In this document: one piece after another, positions 25,556 to 40,004 of the stretch | Layout of the letters: every line of letters starts with the position of its first letter | Numbering within the stretch: the stretch's first letter is position 1 | DNA from: Squalus acanthias | Taxonomy: Eukaryota | NCBI GenBank assembly: GCA_030390025.1 | Contig: CM059431.1 | Location: forward strand, 152,336,001 to 152,400,000 | Direction of reading: 5' to 3' | DNA length: 64,000 nt | Made by a program: the position numbers and the translations under genes | Notes under the pieces: model-generated | Seen by the model: only the letters and a program-made list of their open reading frames with translations | Told to the model about the DNA's origin: nothing | Database searches by the model: none

Positions 25556-25889
25556 TCAAGATGTTAAAGGAAATGCTTGCTTCTATATCTAAATACATAA
25601 AATGCTAGTAGCGAGATCTCGGGTTGTACGAGGCCTTATTAATGTCCAGTTGCAATATATTGACAAGTTTTGGTCATCCTGCTATAGACCGGTTATTAAA
25701 GCAATGGAAAAGTGGCTGCATTTATTAACTAGGTTTTTGCTCGGAATGAAAACTTGCAGTCATGAAGACTACGAGGAGATGCTTTTTTCCACTGGAGGTG
25801 GAAACACTATCAGGTAATTTGCTAGAGTTCTGTTAGATCATGAGGGGTGACCCGTAATACATTCATCCCACTGGTTAAAAACGTAAGAA

Positions 25890-27530
25890 CAGAAGGACAT
25901 AAGAATTAGGAGCAGGACTAGGCCATAGGGCATATCGAGTCTGCTGCAGCATTCAATAAGATCATGGCCGGTTTTCGACCTCAACTCCACTTTCCTGCCC
26001 TATCCCCATCTCCCCTGATTATCTTAGTTTCTAAAAAAATCTATCGATCTCAGCCTTGAATATAATCAATGACGGAGCATCTACAGCCCTCTGGAGTACA
26101 GTATTCAAATGATTCACAAATCTCTGAGTGAAGAAATTTCTCCTTAACTCATTCATAAATGCTTGAACCCTTATCCTTAGCATATGACCCCTAGCTGTAG
26201 ACCCTGCAGCCAGGGGAAACAACCTCTCAGCATCTACCCTGTCAATCCCTCAAAGAATTTTATACATTTCAATGAGATCACCTTTCATTCATTTAAACTC
26301 CAGAGAATAATGGCCCATTCTACTCAATCTCTCCTCATAGGACAGCCATTTCATCCCAGGAATCAATCTAGTGAACCTTCGTTTCACCTCCTCTAAGGCA
26401 AGTATATCCTTCCTTAGATAAGGTGATCATAACTGTACACAGTACTCCAGGCGTGTTCTCAACAAAATCCTATATAATTGCAGCAAAACTTGCTTTCTCT
26501 TATATACCAAACGTTTGCAATAAAGGCTGATATACCATTTGTCTTCCTAGTTGCTTGCTGCACCTGTGTGTTAACTCTCTGTGATTCATTTACAAGAACA
26601 CCCAAATCTCTCTAGAATAACAACATTTACTGGTCTCTCACCTTTCAAAAGAAATTGCTTTTCGCTTCTCCCTACCCAAGTGGATAATTTTCATATTTCC
26701 CGTCATTATACTCCATACTCCAACTTCCTGCTCAATCATGTAACTGGTCTATGTCCCTTTGCAGGCTCTTTTAGCCCTCCTCAGAGCTTACTTTCCCACC
26801 TAGCTTTCTATAGTCAGCAAACCTGGATATATTACACTCGGTCCCCTCATTTAAGTCATTGATATAGATTTAAATAGCTGAGGCCCAAGCACTGTTACTT
26901 GCGGCATTACACTATTTACATCTTGCCATCCCAAAAATGACCCGTTTATTCCTACTCTCTGTTCTATGTCCGTTAAACAATCCTCAATCCAAGCCAATAG
27001 CGTACCTCCAACACATGGTCCCTAATCTTGTGTAACAGCCTCTTGATTGGTATCTTATCGAATGCCTTCTGAATATCCAAATATATTACATTCACTGTTT
27101 CTCCCTTATCAACTTTTTCAGTTGCATCCTCAAAATACTCCAAAGGATTTGTGAAACACAATTTGCTTGACATAAAACCATGTTGACTCCGCCTAATCAT
27201 TTAATGATTTTTTTTAGGTTCCCTGTTACTATTTCCCGAATAAAAGATTCTAGCATTCTCCCTACCACCGATTTCAGGCGAACTGATCTTCAGATCCCTG
27301 TTTTCGCTCTCCCTACTTACTTGAACAGCGGGGTTACATTTGCTGCCTTTCAATACACGGAGATTGTTGCAGAATCTGGGGAATTCTGGAAGGTCCAAAC
27401 CAATGCATCCACTATCTCTGCAGCCACCTCTTTGGAAACCCTAGTTTGTAGGCCATCAAGTCCAGGGTATTTTCGGCTTTTAGTCCCATTAATTTATCCA
27501 GTGATTTTCATTTACTTATATTAAAAACTT
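25890..27530 (-). mobile_element. Degenerate CR1 LINE
   Basis: SQHGF...YLDIQKAFDK and RRNFFTQR.VN peptides; 3' UTR at about 25890-26030. Confidence 0.82.
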
Positions 27531-27599
27531 TAAGTTACTCACTCTGGTTTGCCTTGCCCATTCCACAACTATTATGAGAGAAAGCCTGCATGAATGTGT

Positions 27600-28855
27600 A
27601 AAAGTTAAGTAATGTCTAACGAAGCTAATTGATTTTCTTTGAGGTGTTAGGTAACGTTGTCGTTAATCATTTTGCTAATATGCTATTTATATGAACTACA
27701 GAAGGCATTGCCAAGGTTGCACATAATACACTGTTAACTAAGATGAGTGCGCAAGGAATTGGAGACAAAGTTTTGGCTTGGATAGGCCATTGGTCAGGAG
27801 ATCGGAGACAGAGTGTAGGGATAATGGGTATATGCTCAAATTGGCAGGATGTGACGAGTGGTGTCTCCCTGGGATCGCTACGTAGCCTCAGCTTTTCAAT
27901 ATATTTATAAATGAGTTGGACGAAGGAAAAGAGAGCAATATATCTAAGTTTGCTGACGATGCTAAGTTAGGTCCCATAATAAATAATGCAGATGAGAGGA
28001 GAAAGTTGCATGGGGTCATTAATAAATTAAGTGAGTGGACAGAAATGTGGCAGATGCAGCTTAACGTTGGAAAATGCGACGTCATCCACTTTGGACAAAA
28101 CAAATGCAGATCAGAGTGTTTTCTAAATGGTGAGATGTTAGCAAGCTAGCATCTGCAGATGATCAGAGAGATTCAGTGGTCCAAGTACTGAATTCACTGT
28201 AAGCTCGTGGACAGGTACAAAAAATAATTAAAAAGGCTAATGTAAATTTGGTTTTATCTCAAGAGGGTTGGAGTACAAGGGGTGGTATTTATGTTACAGT
28301 TGTAGAGAACTCCGGTAAACCCCATCTGGAGCACTGCGCGCAGTTCTGGGCACCGCACCTCAGGAAGGATATATTGGCCTTGGAGGGGGTGCAACGCAGA
28401 CTCACCAGAATGATACCAGGGCTAAAAGAATTAAATTGCATTTAATGCAGAAAATTAAGTGTCGATCTAAGTGAGTTGTTTAAGATGATCAAAGGAGTTG
28501 ATTGGGTAGATAGAGAGAAACTCTTCCCTCTGGTGGAGGGAGTCTAGAACAAGGGGGTATAATCTTTAAATTAGAGCTAGGCCGTTCAGAGGTGATGTCA
28601 GGAAGTGGTTCTTCATACAAAGATTACTGGAAATTTGGAACTCTCTCACCCAATAACTAGTTGAGGGTAGTTGAGGTCTATTGAAAATTTAAAAAAAAAT
28701 GAGATTGAAAGATTTTTGTTAGGCAAGGGTATTAATGTTAACGGAACCATGGTGGATTAAAGGAGTTAAGATACAGATCAGCCATGATCTAATTGAATGG
28801 TGAAACAGGCTCGAGGGGCTGAATGGCCTCCTCCTGTTCCTATGTTCCTATGTCT
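27600..28855 (+). mobile_element. Degenerate CR1 LINE
   Basis: ISKFADDAKLG and PHLEHCAQFWAPHLRKDI; (ttcctatg)n tail. Confidence 0.82.
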
Positions 28856-29082
28856 ATAGAGTGAAAGAGTGAGCGAGAGAGATAGAGAGCGATTGAAAGT
28901 GGGAGTGAGAGCAAGAGCGGGAGACAGAGAAGAGAATGAGAGAGAGAAAGAGTGGGAGAGAGAGAAAGCGCAGGAGAGAGAAGGTGGGAGAGAGAGAAAA
29001 AAAGGGAGAGAAAGAGAGAGAGATAGAAAACAGGGGGAGAGAGAGAAAGAGAGTAAGCGGGAGAGAGAAAGCGGGAGAGGGA
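28856..29082. repeat. Imperfect (GA)n polypurine microsatellite
   Basis: About 225 bp composed almost entirely of A and G. Confidence 0.9.
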
Positions 29083-31280
29083 GCCATGTGTTTGTAAATG
29101 AAGATTTACCCTGTCACTCAATTTTTTTTCCAATAATTTTCCCAACAGCGAGGTTAGGATGACTGGCCGATAATTACTCGGTCTATCCCTTTCTCCCTTT
29201 TTAAACACGGGTACCACATTAGCAGTCCTCCAGTCCTCCAGCACCACACCTGCAGCCAGAGCGGATTGAAAAAAAATGGTCAGGGCCTCTGCTATTTCCT
29301 CTTTTGCTTCGCTTCACAAAAAGGCAGAGACCCAGTACTGAGCCCTGCGAAACCCTACTGGAAACAGCCTTCCAGTCACAAAAACACACATCAACCATTA
29401 TCCTTTGCTTCCTACCTCTGAGATAATTTTGAATTCAACTTGCCACTTTGCTCTTGATCCCATGGGCTTTTATTTCGTGACCAATCTGCAACGTGGGATC
29501 TTCTCAAAAGCCATGCTAATGTCCATATAGACTACATCAAACGCACTACCCTCATTGATCCTCATTGTTAACAACTCAAATATTTCAATCAATTCAGACA
29601 CGACTTTCCCTCTTAAATCCCTGCTGACTGTCCTTGATAAATCCGTCTCTTTCTAAATGAAGATTTATCCTCTCCCTCAAAATTTTTTCCAATAATTTTC
29701 CCAACACCGAGGTTAGGATGACTGGCCTATAATTAGTCGGTCTATACCTTTCTCCCTTTTTAAACAAAGGTACAACATTCCTCCAGTCCTTCGGCACCTC
29801 ACCTGTTGCCAGAGTAGATTGGAAAATAATGGACAGAGCTTCTGCTATTTCCTCTTTTGCTTCTCTTAACAGCCTGGGATACATTTCACCCGGGCTTGTG
29901 AATTGATGTACTTTAAAAGCTGCTAGGCCCCTTAATAAATCCTCTCTCACTATGTTTATTTCATCTAATTTTTCACACTCCTCCACCCTGATTGCGATGT
30001 CTGGATCGCCCCTCTCTTTTGTGACAATAGACACAACGTAAGAAACATACCCATGTCTTCCGCCTCCACACACAGGTTACCTTCATGGTCTCTCATTGGC
30101 CGTACTCTTTCTTTAGTTATCCTATTGTTCTTAATGTAGTTGGTGGCGGGACAAATATTTGTGAAGTGATGCCTGCGTGAGGCAATGAGTGTGTGTGTGT
30201 GAGAAAAGCCCTGTACAGGAGTGATCACTGCAGACGGAAATGCAGCATTTGCACGATGAAATGTTCCATTGCAGCCAGGGTAGGTCACTGCGTTATGATA
30301 ATGATTTGCGGCCATGTAGCTCAGTCGGTATATATTAATGTTCCCCACCATTTTTGTATGCTTTTGGTGTCTTCTACTGTGAAGACAGATACAAAATATT
30401 TTTTTAACGATGCTGCCATTTCCTGATTTCCCATAATAATTTCTCCTGGCTCAACCTCTAATGGACCAACGTTTACTTTTGCTACGCTCTTCCTCTTTAC
30501 ATAATTATCGAAGCTCTTACAATCTGATTTTTTATATTTCTTGCCATTTTTCTTTCATTCCATTTTTTCCGTTTTATCAATTTTTAGGACATCCTTTGCT
30601 GGTTTCTGAAACTCGTCCAATCCTCAGGCTTACTACTATTCTTCGCAACATTACAAGCTTCTGCTTTCAATTTAATGCGAACCTTAACTTCTTTTGATCG
30701 CCATAGATATATCACTTTTTCCGTGGAGTTCTTGTTTCTCAATGGATTGTTTTTTTTTTGAGTTTTATGAAATATTTATTTAAATGCAAGCTACTGCTTA
30801 TCTACAGCTTTTAATCTATTTTCCAATCTACCTTAGACAACTCGTCCCTCATACCTGTATAATTGTCTTCTTTTCAGTTTAAAACACTAGTTTCGGACTT
30901 AGGCATGTCATTCTCAAACTGAACGTGAAATTCTATCATATTATGATCTCTCTGCCCCGGAGGATCCTTTACTATGCGATTGCGAATTAACCCTATCTCA
31001 TTACACTATACACGATCCAAAGTACCCTGTTCCCTCGTTGGTTCCTGAGATACTGTTATAGGAAACTATCCCGAAAGCATTCCATGAACTCGTCCTTCAG
31101 ACTACCTTAGCCAATTTTTTTTGTCCAATCTATATGAAAATGAATGTACCACACGATTATTGCATTAACTTTGTTGCAAGTTCCTTCGATTTCGTGATGA
31201 TATACTGTCCAACTGTACAGCTACTGTTAGGGGTCCATTAAACTAATCCTACCAATGTTTTCTGACCCTTGTTCTTCCTT
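29083..31280 (-). mobile_element. Several CR1 ORF2 fragments, with a tRNA-cassette remnant between them (about 30140-30335)
   Basis: NYRPVILTS occurs twice; APE-region remnants at 30340-31280; gcggccatgtagctcagtcggta at 30308-30330. Confidence 0.7.
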
Positions 31281-31541
31281 TATTTAGAATGACATTTCTT
31301 GAACCGTTTTTGATGTTCAGTAGATTAAGATATGTGATGGGCGACATATTGAACATTAATTTCTGCAGCTAATAAACGGTAAAGGGAAGTACAGTAAAAC
31401 TGAATAATAACAATGTCGTTGATGTCTCTTATGATGACTTTAATTCGAGAGCTAAAAACTAGTAAGTGAATTATTGTATGGTACAAAGGAATGCTCAGGA
31501 TGTTGTAAAGTTGTTTAATGTTTAATAAGTTCAATAATTCT

Positions 31542-31592
31542 GTATCAGAAGTTTAATCTGATGGGTCCAGTGTTCAAGTCCCTGTTTTTGCG
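31542..31592 (+). pseudogene. Partial tRNA-Lys(UUU) copy
   Basis: atcagaagtttaatctgatgggtccagtgttcaagtccctgtttttgcg; flanks are the reverse complement of those around 2058 and 4083. Confidence 0.65.
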
Positions 31593-32274
31593 TTGCTTTT
31601 ATCAATGAAGACCACACACACATTACACTTGAAACAGTGCCAATAGAAAATACCCTGACAAAGGAATCAGGCTTGCTTGGAAAATCTGAAGATATATTAA
31701 AAAAATATAAGGAAATAAATTGTAATTGAAAAATCAGTTCTTGTGGTAAACATTTAACACGTAATAATGAGTTTTATTGGCACAGCAGGAAAAGGCCTGT
31801 TTCTGTGCCGTATATCCTATGAAACATCAGCCATGATCATATTGAATTGCTGAGCAATCTCGAGGGGCCGTCTGGCCTACTCCTGCTCCTATTTCTCGGG
31901 TACATTTTGAAGCTTTGCTCACCCAGTACCCATTGCACGCATTTGGACGGATTTCCGAATGGGTCTGCTGCTGACAGTTTAAGCACATATTCGCACTTAC
32001 CTTTAAGTTGCAGTTAGCTCAAGATTACCAAATGTTTCCCTTCACTCGCTCAGCCCCGTTAAAAGCAAAACATAAATGTGCGTGCAGATGGTAGTGTGCG
32101 TGTGCGGAAGAGAGTCTTTGTGAAGTGAAGCCAGTTTGATGCAGTGAGAGTGGGAGTGTGAGTGAAATGCGCTGCACAGACCGGGTGACTGCAGAAGGAA
32201 ATGCAAAATGTGAACAGTGTAATTTTCAATATCAGTCAGGCTAGGTCGTTGTTCAACGTTAAGCGTTTGGTCGT

Positions 32275-32337
32275 AGTTTGCTTAATCGGTGGAACATGGG
32301 ACTTTTAATCTGATGGTTCAGGGCTCATGTCCCTGTT
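32275..32337 (+). pseudogene. Highly degenerate tRNA-Lys(UUU) copy
   Basis: gcttaatcggtggaacatgggacttttaatctgatggttcagggctcatgtccctgtt. Confidence 0.55.
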
Positions 32338-33035
32338 ATTCAATGAAGCCGAAACCCAATTTACACTTGAAAGCCTTGGCTTTGGAAAATACCCTATCAA
32401 GTGCACCTGCCAAATTTTAAAATGTCGCAAGATAATATCAGAATATATATTACATTTGAAAAAAACTGCTTTGTTGTGGCAAATCAAGGGATATCAGATT
32501 CGGGCGTGGAAATGGAGTTGAGGTCGAAGATCAACCATTATTTCATAGAATGGCGGAGCAGGCTCGACGGGCCGTATGGCCTACTCCTGCTCCTAATTCT
32601 TAGTTTTTACGCTCTTTTCCCATTTTCGCACAGGGTTGCTTTTGAAGGTTTGCTTGTATTTGCACCACGGCCGTGTTTAGTCTTGGTCACCCAGTTCCCA
32701 GTGCACGCTTTTGGAAGGGTTTCCGAATGGGTCTGATACTAACATACATTGCAAAATTTTGCACTGGCTCTAAAGTTTCAGGTTAGCTCAAGATTTTCAA
32801 CTTTTACTTTCACCCACGCAACCCCATAAAACCCAAAATATTGAAGTGCCTGTAGATGCTGTGGAAGGGTGTGTGAGAGTATTTATGAAGTGAAGCCTTT
32901 GGTAGGCAGTGAGAGTGGGTGTATGAGAGAAAATCCCTCGATAGAAGGGATCACTGCAGCAGGAAATGCAGGATGTGAACCATATAATGCTCCATAACAA
33001 CCGGTGAAGGTCGCTGTGTTATACTGAGGGTGAGA

Positions 33036-33108
33036 TCCAAGATCGCTCAGGCGGTTGAACATCCGACATTTAACGTGAGAATCCAAGGTTGAAGTTTCTG
33101 TTTGGCCG
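33036..33108 (+). pseudogene. Highly degenerate tRNA-Lys-like copy
   Basis: gatcgctcaggcggttgaacatccgacatttaacgtgagaatccaaggttgaagtttctgtttggccg, with cassette flanks. Confidence 0.5.
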
Positions 33109-33939
33109 ATGCTTTTAAAACAAAATTCTCAATTTCATCTTTCACGCAACTCCTTAAACACAATCAATTCACGTGGATCCCATTAACACATCCTGATGAT
33201 TTAAATAGAGCTTGTTTTCCAAAAGCGGTGCGTTCAGGGACATTGAGCTGCATTTTCGAGATGATTAATTCTTATTTTCCTGCAGCCCCACGAAACACAA
33301 GTATCATAGACTCATATTGGCACAAATTGAAGATGATTGTAATTTTTTTTTTACACAATGAGTTATTGTGAGCTGGAATGCACTGCCTGCAAGTGTGGTT
33401 GGAGCAGATTCAATAGTAACATTCAAAAGAGAATGAAGTGCATTCCAGATCATAACAACTCAGTGTGTACAACAAGTTCTCCTCATGTCACTGCTGGGTC
33501 TTTTGCCTATCTCCTGACGTCTGTGTCCTCTGGTTATCCATCTATCGAAAACTGGAAACTGATTGTTCTTATTTACTCTGTCAAAACGCCTCATAATTTT
33601 GAACATTGAAATTAATCTTTTAACCATCTCTGCTCGAAGGCGAGCAATCCAAAATTCTCTCGTCTCCCCACATAGCTGAAGTCCCTCTTCCCTGGTACCA
33701 TTCCCGTAAATCTCCTCTAAACCCTAAATCCTTCCTAAAGTGTGGTGCCCAGAATTGGACACAATACTACAGCTTTAGGCTCAGCAGTGTTTTATAAAGG
33801 TTTGGCTTTTCTACTTGATACCTCTGACAATAATAACAAAGATCCCATATGCTGCTTTCTAATTTTTGCACATGTGTTGCCTTTCAAGCTTCGCTTGCAT
33901 TTCACCCCCCGACCCCTGTCCGTGTTCCGTCTTGCTCTC

Positions 33940-34480
33940 CCAGTTGTGTACAATTTTGGTCTCCTTATCTAAGGAAGGATATACTTGCCATAGTTGGAGT
34001 GCAACGAATGTTCACGCAATTGATTCCAGGGATGGCGGGAACGTCGTATGAGAAGAGATTGAGTAAACTCGGCCTATATTCTCTTGAATTCAGAAGAATG
34101 AGAGGGGATCTCATTGAATCATACAAAATTATTACAGTGATTCATAGGTTGGAATCTGGGAGAATGTTTTCCTTGGCTGGGGAGTCTAGAACTAGGGGCC
34201 ACAGCCACAGGATAAAGGGTAGGCCATTCAGGACTGAGTTGAGATGAAAATTCTTCACACAGAAGGTGGTGAATCTTTGGAGTTATCTACCCCAGAGGGC
34301 TGTGGGTACATTCAAAACAGAAGTCGATAAACTTCTGACTAGTAAGGGCATCAAGGGATATGGCGATAAGTCCGGTGAATGGAATTGAGGCAGAAGATCA
34401 GCCATGAACTCATTGGATGGCGGTGTAGGCTCGAGGGGCCGAATGGCCTACTTCTGCTCCAATTTATTTTGTTCTTATTT
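33940..34480 (+). mobile_element. CR1 LINE 3' fragment
   Basis: CVQFWSPYLRKDIL...GLYSLEFRRMRGDLIE followed by a 3' UTR. Confidence 0.85.
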
Positions 34481-34799
34481 TCTTTTGTTCGCAGTGCATG
34501 CTTTTGGAGAGATTTCCTAATGGGTTTGTTACTGACATGTTGTGCACATCTTTGCAGTTACCTTAAGAGTAGCAGTTAGCTCAATATTATCAATTTTTCC
34601 TTTCAGTCACGCAGCCCCACAGAACAAAACATTTTAGAGCATGTAGGTATTGGATGTGGTGCGGGGGCAGTCAGGGTATCTGTGAAGTGTGGGTGTGCGA
34701 GAAAATGCGCTGTACTGAAGTGTTCAATACAGAAGGATATCAACGATGTAAGGTTCACTGTCGGCTGGTGAATGCCTCTGTGTTACATTCGATGCATGA

Positions 34800-34871
34800 G
34801 ACCGGATAACTCAGTCGGTATAACATCAGCCTTTTAATCTGAGGGAAAGAGCTCAAATCCCTGTTATGGCG
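34800..34871 (+). pseudogene. Degenerate tRNA-Lys(UUU) copy
   Basis: gaccggataactcagtcggtataacatcagccttttaatctgaggg...tcaaatccctgttatggcg. Confidence 0.7.
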
Positions 34872-35041
34872 TTGCCTTTTGCCAATTAATACAACACATC
34901 AATTACACTTGAAAGCAGTGAATTTAGAAAATAACCTATCAGAAGAAGCAGGCTTGCTTGCAAATTTTTCAAATATTTTAGGATAATATTAGAATTATAT
35001 ATGAAAAAACAGTTGTTGTGACAAACATTCAACAAATATTA

Positions 35042-35182
35042 TGTTATGTTGGTTGAGGGATAAATATTGGCCAGGACACCGGGGATAACTCCACTGCCCT
35101 TCTTCGAAATAGTACCATGGGATCATTTACGTCCACCTGAGAGAGCAGACAGGGCCTCCGATTCACGTCTCATCTGAAAGAC
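35042..35182 (-). mobile_element. Deu-domain SINE fragment (SacSINE1-like)
   Basis: Reverse complement reads gtctttcagatgagacgtgaatcggaggccctgtctgctctctcaggtggacgtaaatgatcccatgg...tcctggccaatatttatccctcaaccaaca. Confidence 0.7.
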
Positions 35183-35184
35183 CG

Positions 35185-38100
35185 ATGGAATGGCTTTCAT
35201 CTTCCAAAATTCCGTAAATTCTAGAACGGTCTCAGTGATTTGGAAGGTAGCAAATGTAACACCGCTATTCAAGAAAGGAGGGTGGGTTGAAACCAGGGAA
35301 CTACAGGACAGTTAGCCTGACATGAGTCGTTGGCAAAATGCTGGAAACCATTGTTAAGAAAGTGGTGTCAGGGCAGTTAGAATATCATAACATAATTAGG
35401 TAGAGTCAACATGGTTTTATGAAAGGGAACTCGTGTTTGACAAATGTATGAGAGTTTTTGATGATCATATAATCATAGAATCATCGTAAATTACAGCACG
35501 GAAGGAGGCCATTTCGGCCCATCGTGTCCACGCCAGCCAACAAAGAGCTATCCAGCCTAATCCCAATTCCCAGCTCTTGCTCCGTAGCCTTGCAGGTTAG
35601 AGCATCCCAAGTGCACATCCAAGTACTTTTTAAATGTGGTTAGGGTTCCTGCCTCTACCACAATTTCAGGTCGTGAGTTCCAGACCCCCACAATCATCTG
35701 GCTGAAGAAATTTCCCCTCAAATCCCCTCGAAACCTTCCACCAATTACTATAAATCTGTGCCGCCTGGTTTTTGACCGCTCTGCTGAGGGAAATAGGTCC
35801 TTTCTATCCACTTTATCTTTGACCCTCATAATTTTGGACACCTCAATAAGGTCTCACCTCAGCCTCTTCTGTTCCAAGGAAAACAGACACAGCCTATCCA
35901 GTCTTTCGTCATAGCTAATATTCTCCACTCCCGGCAAAATCCTTGTAAATTTCCTCTGTACCTTCTCTAGTTCAATCACATTTTTCCTGTAATGCGGTGA
36001 CCGGACTTGGACACAGTACTCCAGATTAGGCACAACCAGCGTTTTATACAGTTGAAGCATAACCCCCCTGCTCTTGTATTTTATGCCACGGCTAATAAAG
36101 TTAAGCATTCCGTGTACCTTCTTAACCACCTTAACTACCTGGACTGCAAACTTCAGCGATCTGTGGACATGCACTCCAAGATCCCTTTATTCCTCCACAC
36201 TACTCAGTTTCCTACCATTTAATGTGTATATCCTTTCCTTGTTAACCCGCCCCAAATGGATGACCTCACACTTCCGGATTGAATTCCATTTGCTTCTGTT
36301 CTGCCCACCTGAACAATTTATTGATATCCTCCTGCAGTCTACAGCTTCCTTCTTCAGTATCAACAACACAGCCGATTTTAGTATCATCTGCAAACTTCTT
36401 AATCACAGCCCCTATATTCAAGTCTAGTTCATTGACATATACCACAAAAAGCAAGGAACCTATTACTGAGCCCTGTGGAACCACACTGGAAACAGCCTTC
36501 CTGTCACAAAAACACCCAACAACCATTAGCCTCTGCTTCCTGTCTCCGAACCAGTTTTTAATCCAAGTTGAAACTTTGCCCTGGATCCCATGGGCTTTTT
36601 ACTTCGTGACCAGTCTGACATGTGGAAACTTATCAAAAGCCTACCAAAATCCATGTAAACTACATCAAACGCACTACCCTCATCTACCCTCCTTGCTCCT
36701 TCCTCAATAAATTCAATCAAGTTTGTCAGACACGACCTTCCTTCAACAAATCCGTGCTGACTATCCATGATTAATCCATGTCTTTCTAAATGAACATTTA
36801 GACTGTTATTCAGAATTCTTTCCAATAATTTAGCCACCACCGAGGTTAGGTTGACTGGCCTGTAATTAGTTGGTCTATGCTTTTCTCCCTTATTAAACAA
36901 GGGTACCACATAAGCAGTCCTACTGTCCTTCGGCACCAAACCTGAAACCAGAGAGGATTGAAAAATTATGTCAGGTTATCTGCTATTTCCTCTTTTGCTT
37001 CGCTTAACAGCCTGGGATACATTCATCTGGGCCTGGGGATTTATCCATTTTTAAATCTGTTAAACCCCTAAATACCTCCTCCCTCAATATGTTTATTTCA
37101 TATAATCTTTTACACTCCTTCCCCCTCATAGAAATGTCTGCTTTGCCCCTCTCCTTTGTGAAAACAGACGCAAAGTAATCATTAAGAACCCTACCGACGT
37201 CGCCCGCCTCCACACTCAGATTACCCTCATGAACTCTAATAGTCCCAACACTTTCTTTAGTTATCCTCTTACTATTAATATATGTATACAACATCTTTGG
37301 GTTTTCCTTGATTTTACTTGCCTATAATTTTTCATGCTCTCTCTTTGCTTTCCTAAAATCCTTTTTAATTGCGCCCCTTCACTTTCTGTACTCCTCTAAA
37401 GATTCTGGATTATTTTCACCTCGGTGCATTTCATACGCCTCCTTTTTTTCTTTATCCTACCCTGTATGTCCCTGGACATCCAGGGGGCTCGAGATTTGTT
37501 AGACCCACCTTTTATCTTTAAGGGCACATATTTCGTCTGAACCCTCCGGATCTCCTCCTTGAGTGCCTCCCACTGCTCTGACACTGATATACCTTCAAGT
37601 AGCAGTTTCCAGTCGACAATGGCTAAATCTCCTCTGAGCTTAGCAAAATTAACTTTACTCCAATCTAGAATTTTTATTCCTGTTCTATCCTTGTTCTTTT
37701 CCATAACTACCTTAAATCTAACAGAAGTATGGTCACTAGCACCAAAATGCTCCCCCACTGATACGTCTTCTATTTCCCCATATTCATTCCCTAAAACTAA
37801 GTCCAGAACCGCCCCCCCCCCCGCCCTTGTTGGGCTTCCTGCAAACTGACTAAAAAGTTCTCCTGGATGCATTTTAGGAATTCCGTACCCTCTATACCCT
37901 TCACACTAATTTTATCCCAGTTAATATTGGGGTAGTTCAAATCCCCTACTATTACTGCACTATAGATTTTGCACTTCTCAGAAATGTGTCCACATATTTG
38001 TTCTTCTATCTCCCTCTCACTGTTTGAGGGTATGTAATACACTCCCAGCAGTGTGATCGCCCATTTTTTGTTTTTCAATTTAACCCATATGGCTTCGTTT

Positions 38101-39925
38101 TATCCCTCCAACATATCATCCCTCCTCACAGCTGTAAAAGATTATTTAATCAATACCGCGACCACCCCCTCCCTTTTTACCTCCCTCTCTATCCCAGCTG
38201 AAAATCCTGTAAACAGGAATGTTGAGCTGCATACTTGCCCTCTTTTAGCCACGTCTTTATAATAGCTATCATATCTTAGTCCCAATTATCAACCTGTGCC
38301 CTCAGCTCAACTGCCTTTTTCGCTATACTCCTTGCATTGAAGTACATAACATTTAGGACAGGAAAACCTCGTTGTTGACTATTATCTAGCCCTTGATTCC
38401 TCTGTCCATCCAATTTACTTTCTACGTTTTTGTTTTCCAATTCCAGTTTTTCTTCCCTCCCTATTAACTCTATACTTAGATTCCCAACACCCTGCCCAGC
38501 TTGTTTAAACACTCCCCAACAGCACTAGCAACCCGTTCCGTGAGGATGTTGGTCCCGTTCCCGTTGAGGTGCACCCATCTGGCTTGCAGAGTTCTCACCT
38601 CCCCCAGAAACGTTTCCAATACCTCAGGAAACTAAAGCCCTCCCTCCTACACCATCTGTACAGCTTTGCATTAATCTGGGCTATTTTACTATTTCTGTAC
38701 TCAATAGCACGTGGCACTGGTATTAATCCAGAGATTACTAACTCTGAGATACTGCTCTTTAAACTCTTCCCTTGCTCACTAAACACTGACTGCAGGATCT
38801 CATCCCTTTTCCTACCTATGTCGTTGGTACCGATATGGACCACGACCTCTGGCTGTTCATCCTCCCCGCTCAGAATGTCCTGCAGCTTTCAGTGACATCG
38901 TTGACCCTGGAACCAGGGAGGCAACATACCATCCTGGAGTCACGTCTGCGGCCGCAGAAACGCCTGTCTGCTCCCCTAACTATTAATGTAACTAGCAGTG
39001 TAGATAAAGGGGAACTAGTGGATGTAGTATATTTGGAATTCCAAAAGGCTTTCGAAAAGGTGCCACATAAAATTTTATTGCACAAGGTAAGTTCTCATGG
39101 GTTTGGGGTAATATAATAGCATAGATAGAGGATTGGTTAACGGACAGAAAAAATAGATTTGGAAAAACGGTTCTTTTTCAGGCAGGTAGGCTATAACTAG
39201 TGGAGTACCGCAAGGTTCAGTGCTGGAGCCTCAGCTACTTGCAGTCTATGTTTTTGACCTAGATGACGGGACCGAGTGTAATGTATCCAAGTTTACTGAC
39301 GATACAAAGCTAGGCGGGACAGTAAGCTGTGAGGAGAGCACAACAAGTCTGCAAAGGGATATAGATAGACTAAGTGAGTGGGCAGTAAGTTGCCAGATGG
39401 AGGATAATGTCGGGAAATGTGAGGTTATTCACTTTTGTTGGAAGAATAGAAAAACATAATATTTTTCAAGTGATGAGAATCTTTTCAATGATGGTGTTCA
39501 GATAGATTTTGGTGTTTTCATGCAAGAAACACTGAAAACTAGCATGCAACTGCAGCAAGAAATAAGGAAGGCAAATGGCATGTTGGTCTTTATTGCAAGG
39601 GGTTTGGAGTCAAGAGTAAGGCAGTCTTGCTTCAATTGTACAGGGCCTTGGTGAGACCACACATGGAGTACTGTGCACAGTTTAGATCTGCTAATCTACG
39701 GAAGTACATACTTGCCTTGGAGGCGGTAAAAGAAAATGTTCACTGGATTGATCCCTGAGATGAGAGGGCTGTGCTATGATGAGAGATTCTATAGAATGGG
39801 TCTGTACTCGCTGGAATTTAGAAGAATGAGCGGTGAACTCATTGAAACATACAAGATTGAGAAAGGGATTGACAGGGTAGTTGCTGAGAGATTGTTTATG
39901 CTGACTGGAGTGGCTGGAACTAGTG
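35185..39925 (+). mobile_element. CR1 LINE split by a nested antisense CR1 (35466-38984)
   Basis: Breaks after gagtttttgatgat (35465) and resumes at atgtaactagcagtgtagataaagggg (about 38986); these sequences are contiguous at 8716-8755. Confidence 0.8.
35466..38984 (-). mobile_element. Near full-length degenerate CR1 LINE (part of ORF1, ORF2, 3' tail)
   Basis: VHIGTNDIGRKRDEIL (ORF1), YFNARSI, NYRPV, KFADDTKIG, LEYCVQ; tail at the left end. Confidence 0.88.
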
Positions 39926-39931
39926 GATGTA

Positions 39932-40004
39932 GTCCTGGATAGCACAGCCTTTAGGGCATTCGATATTTGATCTGAGGGTCTAGACTTCAAGTCCTGTTGG
40001 GGTG
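39932..40004 (+). pseudogene. Degenerate tRNA-Lys copy (paralog of 12724-12797)
   Basis: cctggatagcacagcc...tctgagggtctagacttcaagtcctgttggggtg, with flanks matching the 12724 copy. Confidence 0.6.

Noticed and set aside
28840..29247. Leu/Ser-rich and Arg/Glu-rich ORFs
   Set aside because: They are translations of the (GA)n microsatellite.
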